Source: Squalus acanthias
Lineage: Eukaryota
Assembly: GCA_030390025.1 (NCBI GenBank)
Contig: CM059431.1
Location: 127,474,001 to 127,538,000, forward strand
Reading direction: 5' to 3'
Length of the DNA stretch: 64,000 nucleotides
Part shown: in pieces, positions 26,534 to 35,435 of the stretch
Layout: each line of letters starts with the position of its first letter
Position numbering within the stretch: the stretch's first letter is position 1
Notes under the pieces: generated by a model
Databases searched by the model: none
Told to the model about the DNA's origin: nothing
The model's input: only the letters and a program-made list of their open reading frames with translations
Program-made: the position numbers and the translations under genes

Positions 26534-27104
26534 AAATGTTGGCAACGATACTGGAGAACTTAGTGTTCTTCTTCAAATAGTGATATGGCCTCTTCTTGGC
26601 ATCTTTTACATCAACCGTAACAAGTTGACAGGACCTCGGTTTAATGTCTTCTGAGCATGAGACATTAGACTGAATAATGTAGGTCGGAACTGAATAATGT
26701 AGATTGATACCCTGGAGCTGCACATCATTATACTGAAGGTTAGCAGTACATTCACAGTGCTTTATCTTCTTGAAAGCTGTACTTTTGGATAGCCATCTCC
26801 TTCAGGAGAATAAATAGTGGGATCGCATTCATAATGGGGTAATTTATACATGATAAGTAAAAGCAACAGTATCATTGGGCCAAATAGTCTTCTCGTGTTG
26901 CATATTCATACTATCATCGGCATTGCAGATCTAGATTGTAAAATTGCATTAATATTCTGGAATTTTGTTTGACTACCTTTGATAGTGGGTAGAGATTTTA
27001 TAGAACAATATCTTCTTAGACATTTCGCAAGTTGAGGCTTTTTTCCACAGACATTGTACAATTTGCCTCTTCATGGGCTCTCAACTGACTCAAACTACCC
27101 AGTA

Positions 27105-27362
27105 ATAAAGAAAGAAAGAAAATAATAAAGAAAGAACATTTGCATTTACATAGCAGCTATCATGCCTTTCAGAAATAGCTCAAAACACTTTACCTACAAT
27201 TAATTAATTGAAGAGCAGTGACTATTGTAATGGAAGAAAATGCTGCATTCATTTTGCACACAGCAAAATCTCACAAGCAACAATGAGATGAACAAGAGGT
27301 ATCTTGCTCAGGACACGGGGAGAACTACATACTCTCCTTTGAATAGTGCCTTAGGATCTTTA
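27105..27362 (-). mobile_element. Degenerate Deu-domain SINE, 3' part
   Basis: (AAAG)n tail plus ttgcatttacatagc...ctttgaatagtgcc. Confidence 0.6.
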
Positions 27363-27369
27363 ACTAATA

Positions 27370-27664
27370 GCCTTAATCTAATTTTAAGATTGTGCCCCAT
27401 TATTCTGGATTCCCCCCTTCACCACTGAGGAAACAGCTTCTGGTATCTACCCTATCGAATCCCTTTAAACACCTCCATTAGATCATTCCTAAAACTTTTA
27501 AACTCAAGTGAATACAAGCCAAGTTTATGCAATGTGTCCTTATAATTTAAGCCCCAGCATCATTCTGGTAAATCTGCGCTATACCCCCTCCAATATATCC
27601 TTCCTGAGGTGCGGTGCCCAGAACTGAATTTAGTACTCCAGATCGAGTCTAACCAAGGCTGTGT
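27370..27664 (-). mobile_element. CR1 fragment hosting the provirus; continues at 37133-~37285
   Basis: Joining the flanks restores ...ctaaccaaggctGTGTacaac..., similar to the CR1 at 940-960. Confidence 0.75.
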
Positions 27665-29357
27665 TGTAAGGGATTCTGACCCTGCGTGTCTCGCAGCCTG
27701 TGAGATTCACGCGGCTCTGTGCAGCCTGTATGTCAGTGCGGGTCTAGGCCTTGTTGCCTGTTCTGGTCTCCAGCCAGTCTGGGAACACTAGACACACCTG
27801 TGAGTGGTTCGAATCACTCTCCCTTACGGTTCTAGACACTGGACTTAGATGCGAGAGCAGTAATGGAGATGAAACTCATGTAGACTCGGTTTGAATGGTA
27901 CGAAATGGAAAATCTTTATTGCATGATACTTAAGATTATGAAATACATGTCATAAGCACAGATTAATGACAGTACAATCTTACAAACAGTTATATAGTCG
28001 ATCTTAGGGAAACGAGGAACAAACGGCACAAAGTAAATAGGGGCACACATTACAAATATCCTTAATCCTTAAACCCTCCCCTATCAATATCTATCCTAAA
28101 CTAGATTCGTAGGATTTCGAGACTCATGCTCACCACTCGTGATAACTCGGAGAAATTCCGAATAGCTGATCGGATGTTTTTCACCGCAGCACCCACGTGT
28201 CGGTCAGGAGATCTCCTGGTCCCACTTGTTTACTTGCTTCTGCTGCTCCGGCTAGCAGGCTGGACCGTCTGCTGTGATGAAGACCTGTGTTGGTTGGTTT
28301 AACAGGTACTTTTCGAGCACAGTTGTCAATATCGTCGATACGATATGGCTTTCACATTCCAGTTACTTTGGGCACAGTCCAGTTATCATCGATGCAATAT
28401 GTTTCGTTATAAGTTCGAAGAAGTCTTCCTGGCGAGGAAAACTTGGATAATCGACCTACAGGCGCGGTCGGGATTTACTGACCGTGGCGATGGATATGGT
28501 CTTCCTCTCTTCTCATCTCATCTCATCTCATCTCATCTCATCTCGGGCCTTCGGTTCCGCTGCCAGTTACCAACATAGGTCTTCGTTACGCGACACGAGG
28601 TAGATCCGAACGGATCAGAAAGTTCAACAGTCTTTTCAGAAGAGGCAACAGGCAAGCAGGAGCGAGCCCAACTACGAGTACACAGGAGCAGCCACGAGGT
28701 TACGAAATAAGAGCACAGGATAAGAGAGAGCTGGACGGTTTGGAGCCTGCAATTATAGTGCAAAATCTTCCGTTTCCCGCCCAACTATAATGTCCATTCT
28801 TTTGTTTAGGGTTTGGCGCTCAAATGTCTTGTATGGGTGATCTCCGTTCTTAATGGGTTTCGGGGCTACTCGTAAATGTCTGAGTACCTGTTAATATTTC
28901 TCCCATTGTTAAATCGGTCGGTGTTCTCCCTGGAGGGGTTTGGGGCTTCCAAGTGTCCTGTATAACTACCTGCTAACGGCTCTCTCATCGTAGAGTCGTT
29001 GGGATTTTACATATTAATGTCTTTTGGATGGGCCCTTGATTACTCGGTACAATGGCTTTCCTTTGTACCTGGGAGACCGATTTCAGTATCTATGTGTATA
29101 CTGCAAACCCATAATGTCTCGTGTATTATCTTCACTGTGCTGAATCTTAATCGATCTTGCACAAATGTTTATTGGAACGCCATCTTGTCTGCCTGTTGAA
29201 AAGTCTAGAATGTTCTGTCACGAGGTGCGGCGGCCATTTTACAGGCTGCTTGTGTCCACTTTAAACCTGCCAGCATTCTACTGAAATAAAAGCTGTTTCA
29301 CGAAACTTTGTGTTTTTCTCCTTATTATTAAAATCGCGATATATTGCGAATTCTACA
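27665..29357 (-). repeat. 3' LTR
   Basis: Direct repeat of 35436-37128; sense AATAAA at ~27916-27921; internal (CATCT)n at ~28511-28544. Confidence 0.97.
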
Positions 29358-29369
29358 GTCCCTCCTGTT
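29358..29369 (-). promoter_or_regulatory. Polypurine tract
   Basis: Sense AACAGGAGGGAC abuts the TGTAG start of the 3' LTR. Confidence 0.8.
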
Positions 29370-29807
29370 GATGCGAATAACTCCGCTTATCGTATCAAAA
29401 ATCATAGTGGTGAGCAATATTATCTCGATTTCTCTCCGAATCCAGTAAATTAATCCCATAATTTTAACTTAGCTAGGGTCTCTGTGTCGTCCTCATTTCC
29501 CAAGAAAATTACATTTTATATCACCGTAGGCATTATTTGCCCTTAAACTTACACCACTTGTTTTCCTTCCCGGCGTAACCAGGCCGATGCCTCTCGTATC
29601 ACCTGTATATTCGTCTTTTATTCAGGGAAAGGAAAAAGAAAACCCAAAACCAAACAATCATTTTTAACTATAACACCATCACCAAAATAATCAACACCAA
29701 CTCTTAAAACATGTCGAGTTCCCAACGTATTTACAATCTCTGAAAATCTTATATGAGTACAGGCTTCCGCGGCGCACGTGGCGAGCGGGAGTGACGCCAT
29801 TTTCCGA

Positions 29808-32159
29808 TTACACGGTGCTCTCATCGTGCACGCGCACGTAACGTTCTCGCCACTCTCCCGTGTTTTCATGCTTGGTGAGGCGTTTGTCTCTTTTACAATG
29901 TACAACCAATAGGTACACTACAATGAAAACTTGGCATACGACTAAAATGTGGGAGGCTATTCTGATCCATGAAGGTACTTCAATATTGGTGAACAGATTC
30001 CACCACGGTGGAACTACTATATCCAGAATGTCTGTTCCTATTTCGACAGTTTTCTGCTCTAATGTATAAAAATGTTTCTGTGACACCGCGACGGCTTTCA
30101 AAAGCTTGGTGAGGTGTTCAGGGAGAGGGGGAATGAGGTATCCAAAATGCGCGACGAATCGCTGCAAGTCGGTGAAATTCTCTTTTACTGTGAGATGAAC
30201 AGTGGATGGTTCAGGGATTGGGATAATTCGCTGTTGTGCTACTTGAACTTCCGCCCTGGGTTTAAAACAGAAACTGCTGTCACTCACCGGACACCGGCTA
30301 CGGTTTCCATGCTGGTAGTGTTGCGCTGCAGTGGTAACACAATATGTTCCACCCCGATGTATGCTACCTGCGGAGGCACATGATCTTGTGCCATTGCCTC
30401 CATGGTGCAATTCATGGACTTGGCGCCAGCCGTTCTGAACCCGCACTGTGGTGTTAAAAAAGGCATTCAAGTGCTGGGGGCACAGTATTATGTGTGCTCC
30501 CCTGCCACGACAACCAGAGAGATCTGTACCTGTCATCGTTTGCTCCCAGCGGATGACGTAAGGTGGAACCGCTGCGTAACGAATGTGGGCTCCCCCCTGA
30601 ATGACACCAATGTTCTCTACCCGATACACCGGGGCGGGCTTTGCTGTGTCGCCCAAAACCGGCATGCGTAAAACTATACCCATAATAGTATGGTTTGAAC
30701 GTCCGCAGTCCACGGGGACTGGGTAAGCTTCTGAAGCTAGCCTGAGCTGGCACGGACTTAATGCGTTCTGAAAAGGGTGGAGCGCCCGCAGGTGTTTGTT
30801 ACTTATCCAGGACGGAACCAAACCTTGTTTTAAATCCTCCAAATTACTGCGGCCCTCGCCCAGTAACCACGCCCCGTAAAGCACGCACACCTCGTTCTGC
30901 GCAGCTTGATCGGATGCATTCCGATCTTCCCTAATCAGGGCATTTACCGTTTTTGCATGTTTCTCCAGCTCTGCTATAATTTCCTTTAAATGGAGAGTCA
31001 TGGCTTGGTCCTCGTGTAAACCCGACCCTACCACTTTATTCTCATCTGTTAGAATGTCTTTTAATTGTGTCTTTAAACCATTAATCTGGGTCTGCAGCTC
31101 CACACTGTCTAGAGCGTTGACCACAGATGTACCTGTGTTAAAAGCAGTGAACGCATCGTTCACCAAACCCCTTCTTTGCCTCCCTACTTGATCCAAAACT
31201 TCCTGTGGTGCGGTGTACAAACTTGTTTTATCAATTTCCGCGAAATCGAATTCGTAAAATTGTCTGAACATCTTGGTCAACAGGACCTGATACAACTGTT
31301 CCGTCTTTTTGGGGCACCACTCTGGTAACCGCACCTCAGTGAGATTTAAAATCACCGAGGCCACCGCGTAATGTACCCCCTGAAATAGTATCTGGTCTGT
31401 GGGGACCAGTACCAAACCATTCCCGGGTCCCTTCCTAGTTTTAGGGCACCCTTCTTCCTCAGCTAGAACCACCGGAATCGTGGGCGGGGCTTTGCGTGGG
31501 CGCGTAATGAGCTCAGTGGCATTTACTGGGATCGGGGAGAATGGGGCTCCGCACCCCCTGGTGCTCGCATCCCACCTCATCCCCTGTCCGTTATCCTGCC
31601 ATTGATTAATAAAAAATATGGAGATGCCTTTGGGGCAAACGTACTTTGACCCCCACATACATACATAAATTCCCTCATCCGGTTCCCACCATTTGTCCCA
31701 ACAGACTTTCACTTGTCCGTCTGTCCCCGTAATTGTCCGATGGGTATTATTACCCAGTCGTTCCCACTCGACCGAAGAGTTCCTCATAGTTTTGCTCAGC
31801 TTTCGCAGCCACCACCATCGGCTCAATGGGACCTTCCCACTACAAGTCAAACAAATCCGTTTGCCGACGGTGACGCTGATCCTGGGTGCGATGATCCTTA
31901 CTTTGGGGCACAGTAAAGAAGTCTCTTTGTAGGCAAACCCCGATGTGCTGGAATACTCCGTTGAGTTCGTTCCCAGCCATCCTGGCCACCTTCCCTTGTG
32001 GAAATAGGTGCTGGTCTCCTCTGCCTCCCGTCTTCCGGTCCCATCCACCGCGATGGGGGCCGTGTCCCCGGAACATCCAAACACCACGACATCCTTGGTG
32101 CGGCCTCGATAGGCCAATCCACATCCGATTGCCACGAGCAATACTAGAATTCGTTCCAT
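29808..32159 (-). CDS. env: Envelope glycoprotein (783 aa): signal peptide, Ig-like domain, furin site, class I fusion subunit, TM
   Basis: MERILVLLVAIGCGLA signal; RQRR|GLVNDAFTAF cleavage site and fusion peptide at 31170-31181, then a heptad repeat; DLSGC...CPQ Cys-rich region; TM IASHILVVCQVFIVVYLLVV; several N-x-S/T sites. Confidence 0.88.
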   Translation of the reverse strand: MERILVLLVAIGCGLAYRGRTKDVVVFGCSGDTAPIAVDGTGRREAEETSTYFHKGRWPGWLGTNSTEYSSTSGFAYKETSLLCPKVRIIAPRISVTVGKRICLTCSGKVPLSRWWWLRKLSKTMRNSSVEWERLGNNTHRTITGTDGQVKVCWDKWWEPDEGIYVCMWGSKYVCPKGISIFFINQWQDNGQGMRWDASTRGCGAPFSPIPVNATELITRPRKAPPTIPVVLAEEEGCPKTRKGPGNGLVLVPTDQILFQGVHYAVASVILNLTEVRLPEWCPKKTEQLYQVLLTKMFRQFYEFDFAEIDKTSLYTAPQEVLDQVGRQRRGLVNDAFTAFNTGTSVVNALDSVELQTQINGLKTQLKDILTDENKVVGSGLHEDQAMTLHLKEIIAELEKHAKTVNALIREDRNASDQAAQNEVCVLYGAWLLGEGRSNLEDLKQGLVPSWISNKHLRALHPFQNALSPCQLRLASEAYPVPVDCGRSNHTIMGIVLRMPVLGDTAKPAPVYRVENIGVIQGGAHIRYAAVPPYVIRWEQTMTGTDLSGCRGRGAHIILCPQHLNAFFNTTVRVQNGWRQVHELHHGGNGTRSCASAGSIHRGGTYCVTTAAQHYQHGNRSRCPVSDSSFCFKPRAEVQVAQQRIIPIPEPSTVHLTVKENFTDLQRFVAHFGYLIPPLPEHLTKLLKAVAVSQKHFYTLEQKTVEIGTDILDIVVPPWWNLFTNIEVPSWIRIASHILVVCQVFIVVYLLVVHCKRDKRLTKHENTGEWRERYVRVHDESTV

Positions 32160-32364
32160 CTTTCCTTGGTTCCTGTGATCAGATAGAATGAGGTAGCCAG
32201 CCTCGCAAGAGTCTCTGGCTTTTGTGAAGGGTGAGCGGGTCCCCTGACCTCGCCTCACGTAAACTTCAACGTTCGCTGAATAAACTTCAACTAAACCTAT
32301 CTTTAAAGCTCCCATCATTTTATCGTTTTCTGTTAAAAACACTACAAACTTAACCTTAATAAAG

Positions 32365-32452
32365 CTTAAAACTTAACCTTGAACTATAAACTTAAAACTT
32401 AACCTTGAACTATAAACTTAAAACTTAACCTTGAACTATAAACTTAAAACTT
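32365..32452. repeat. About 3.3 copies of a 26-bp tandem unit between ORF2 and env
   Basis: AAAACTTAACCTTGAACTATAAACTT repeated. Confidence 0.9.
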
Positions 32453-32497
32453 ATTACTACTTACTATACAGTGCCGCCCGTTCTCAGGGCGGCCCCT

Positions 32498-33619
32498 TTA
32501 AATTCTGAGAAGGCTGCTGCGAGCTCTTCCCGACGGTGGGAGGGCACTGACCCTTCCCTCTGATCTGCCGCAGCCTGTTACTGCTGCGATGTGGCCGGTC
32601 TGTATCTGGGTTATCTTAACCTTAAATTTTCGCCTTGGGGCAGTCTGGGGACATGACCACATCCTCCTGGGCTGGGGTTCTCTACTTGACCTACGGGGAG
32701 TTGCTATGGGCGGGGTTTCCGTGACGGACGGACCGGGTTCCGAGACTTCCATCGGGATGACCTGGGGTTCCATCACAGTCGCTGGCTCCGCCTCCGCTGA
32801 CTCCGCCTCCCTAACCTCGGGGCTGGCAGTTCGTGGCTCCGCCCTGCTCGGCCCAGCAGGCGGCCCTTCACTCGTGATCTCTGCCTCCCCCGAGGACTGG
32901 ACGTTCAAAGCGGGCGGCCACATCTCTGGGAGCCACACCGGTACTCTCTGTGCTCCCATAGCGGCTGGCCCTGCCTCCTCTAGCTCCTCCCTCCTGTCTT
33001 CGAGACCTGCAGCTCGTGTGTCCACCCTGTGTGGATCTCTACCTGCAGCCCCCGTCCCCTCCATATCGTAAAAGGGACCGTTCCTCCGAAACCACCCGTC
33101 GTCATCACTATCCTCATCTGCACTATCCTCATCTGACCCGGGTACCCTGAATTCTTCCTCATCTAACCCCCAATTCCAGAAAAACGCTGCATGATCGTCC
33201 GGGATGTCCCTTCCCCTGATGCAAGCTGCTATGCCTGCCTGTGTGCCTTGTGGTCCTACCTGGGGCTGTGCTTTCCCACTGGCGGGATTTACCCCTGTAG
33301 TTTTCCCTTGCGCACCTGGCTTGTACAGTTTGCACTGGTTTGCATCCTCATACTCCCGGCTTTTGGCTACCCTGTAGGCTGCTTTTATCTCTCTAAGCTG
33401 CGCTTCTAGCCTGAGCACGTCTAACTTTCCCATTGATCGGGCGTTCTCCTCCCGCAGGGCCTGCTCTCTAAGCTGCCCTTCCAGCCCATCTATTTTCCCT
33501 ATTAAGCGGGCGTTCTCCTCCCGCAAGGCCTGCTCTTTTAACCTGGCCTCCTCACCGCAGACCCCCTCCTGTGCGTGTCTTTTAAAAGGACACAGGTAGG
33601 CAGGCTGCGTGGGCTCTAG
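32498..33619 (-). CDS. ORF2 in the pol position, in frame after the gag stop; gag-derived coiled coil plus an acidic/Pro-rich region
   Basis: Frame is open from 33619 (LEPTQPAYLCPFKRH...) to the stop at 32498; no enzyme motifs. Confidence 0.75.
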   Translation of the reverse strand, partial: LEPTQPAYLCPFKRHAQEGVCGEEARLKEQALREENARLIGKIDGLEGQLREQALREENARSMGKLDVLRLEAQLREIKAAYRVAKSREYEDANQCKLYKPGAQGKTTGVNPASGKAQPQVGPQGTQAGIAACIRGRDIPDDHAAFFWNWGLDEEEFRVPGSDEDSADEDSDDDGWFRRNGPFYDMEGTGAAGRDPHRVDTRAAGLEDRREELEEAGPAAMGAQRVPVWLPEMWPPALNVQSSGEAEITSEGPPAGPSRAEPRTASPEVREAESAEAEPATVMEPQVIPMEVSEPGPSVTETPPIATPRRSSREPQPRRMWSCPQTAPRRKFKVKITQIQTGHIAAVTGCGRSEGRVSALPPSGRARSSLLRI

Positions 33620-35431
33620 TCATTGGGTACTATTAGACGGTCCTGCGACACCTACGGGGCCGGTTGCGACCGCCACCTGTCCACGCGCATTCAAGACCAG
33701 CTTGCGCATGGCTCCTAACACTGCTTCGAGGTCGTCAGGAGGGGTGGGTGCCTTGGCTTCCTTAGCCGGGACAGGCGCCTGGGCTCGGACCGCGGGATTT
33801 TTATCCTTGGAATCCTTCCAAGGGTTCCTGCAATGCTTGCGCCAGTGCCCTGTCTTCCCACACCCGTAACAAGCATTACTTGCCTGTGGGACGCGATTAC
33901 CCTCCTGATGCCACTCTCTTTGATACGGGGCTGCGGGTCGTACCTCATGTACTCTTCCCTTAAGGGGACGTGTTGCCATACCCCTTATATTGCGATAACC
34001 TAACGTGAGTCGATTCAAGACCGACTCTTCCGTAATGTTGGGGTCATTGGGATCAAACCATGCTTTTGTCTGCTCTCTGACGGCTGGTAAACTGTTGGCT
34101 ATTATGCACCTAAGCCAATGAGTTAAAGCTAAACCTTCCACATCTTCGCGCTCGGGCGCACCTAGACAGCTGCGCTCATATACTGGCCACAGCCTGTCGG
34201 CAAAAACCTTCGGGGGTTCTCCCTCCATCTGCACTGTCTGTCCCACTCTAGCAAACGGACCTTCGTCGTTCGCCCCCAACACTTCCAGGACCTCATTCTT
34301 TAATTCCTCATAACTCTTGGTTCCCCTCTTGCTCTCGCCTGAGAGACACTGAAGGACCGAGCTGTCTAATGAGAACAGCAGCATTTTTGCTGTTTCCCCA
34401 TCATCGCAGCCGTTAATGGCTGCGGCTTGCTCAACTTCTCTGAAATGTACGGAAGGGTCGTCTGCCTCGGTCAGCTTCCGTACGTGATTTATCATAGCTC
34501 TCAGCTGATGTGAACTGTGAGGCAACACCAGCTGTCCGAGGAGATCCCCCGGTTCTTCCCCACCGTTTCTGCTTGGGCCCCTTTTAATACCCGTTACTGG
34601 ATATAACGATCCCTTTCCTACTTCTTTTTCAATGGGCTCTTTTGTTTCTTCCATTGCTTCCTCCCTAACCCAGGTTTCTGAATAGCTGGGTGGCGCGGAG
34701 GGCGCAGTGACTACTACTCCTTCTGCTTTACTTGGTGGGGATTTTCTAAATCTCTCATTTACTAGCGGCTGGTGTGCCGACGGATTGATAAGGCACACCA
34801 TGCCGTTCGCATTGTTCACGGCCTTTTTGAGGTGCTCTATCTCCCTTTGGCAGGCGCTATGATCGGCTCCCTGAAACTTATCCTCAAGGGCCAACTTATA
34901 TGCCGCCCTAACCCCCGTCAAGCTCTCTTCTTGAGTTCTTATCTGGGCAGCTTGGCGGTTACATCTTTCCTTTAACCTGCTCTCATTCAATTTTGCCTCA
35001 GTGACCTGGCACTCGAGATAATCTATCCTTGTTTTAAGGTGACTGGAGACTTCCTGGCTTTCTTGGTGTAACTCATTTAAATTCTTAATGAGCACCTCCC
35101 CTCCAGAAACCTTCTCCTCCATTTCTCCCTCTAAATGACTGATTCGAGCTACTAGCGCTGTAATGGTCTGGTTTGAAATCTGAACCTGCCTTTTGTAACA
35201 CATAAGCCAGACTGCTTTCTCAAGTGTCTTTCTATGTTCTTTACTATCTGTCCACCTTTCAGCTGCCTCTAGTGGGCTCTTATCCGCTAACAATTCACTT
35301 ATCCATTTCTTAGTTAGATTAACCTTTCCAAACACATAATCCGCTATCTTTTCCTGCATAACATTTCGTACAGTCATTCCAAAATCTAACACACTACCCT
35401 CTCGCTGCCAGTGTCCTGCCGCGGTCGCCAT
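33620..35431 (-). CDS. gag: Gag (603 aa) with a coiled coil, capsid-like region and CCHC zinc knuckle
   Basis: CYGCGKTGHWRKHC; QMEGEPPKVFADRL capsid/MHR-like motif; ATG 5 nt after the 5' LTR. Confidence 0.92.
   Translation of the reverse strand: MATAAGHWQREGSVLDFGMTVRNVMQEKIADYVFGKVNLTKKWISELLADKSPLEAAERWTDSKEHRKTLEKAVWLMCYKRQVQISNQTITALVARISHLEGEMEEKVSGGEVLIKNLNELHQESQEVSSHLKTRIDYLECQVTEAKLNESRLKERCNRQAAQIRTQEESLTGVRAAYKLALEDKFQGADHSACQREIEHLKKAVNNANGMVCLINPSAHQPLVNERFRKSPPSKAEGVVVTAPSAPPSYSETWVREEAMEETKEPIEKEVGKGSLYPVTGIKRGPSRNGGEEPGDLLGQLVLPHSSHQLRAMINHVRKLTEADDPSVHFREVEQAAAINGCDDGETAKMLLFSLDSSVLQCLSGESKRGTKSYEELKNEVLEVLGANDEGPFARVGQTVQMEGEPPKVFADRLWPVYERSCLGAPEREDVEGLALTHWLRCIIANSLPAVREQTKAWFDPNDPNITEESVLNRLTLGYRNIRGMATRPLKGRVHEVRPAAPYQREWHQEGNRVPQASNACYGCGKTGHWRKHCRNPWKDSKDKNPAVRAQAPVPAKEAKAPTPPDDLEAVLGAMRKLVLNARGQVAVATGPVGVAGPSNSTQ
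35414..35430 (-). promoter_or_regulatory. Primer-binding site, tRNA-Ser-like, overlapping the gag ATG
   Basis: TGGCGACCGCGGCAGGA 5 nt after the LTR; resembles the complement of tRNA-Ser 3' ends (TGGCG....GGCAGGA). Confidence 0.65.
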
Positions 35432-35435
35432 TTTC

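Noticed and set aside
27800..27820. GGTTCGAATC as part of a tRNA gene
   Set aside because: No cloverleaf or A-box context could be seen; it lies within the LTR.
28345..29199. Short ORFs duplicated at 36116-36970
   Set aside because: They are duplicated only because they lie in the LTRs, and show no coding signature.
32160..32342. First 61 codons of the 844-aa ORF as part of Env
   Set aside because: The ORF-track start is a non-ATG codon, and a signal peptide and splice acceptor point to the ATG at 32159.
32498..33619. ORF2 as a degenerate pol
   Set aside because: No D(T/S)G protease, YxDD, RNase H or HHCC/DDE motifs were seen; only short terminal stubs might be pol-derived.
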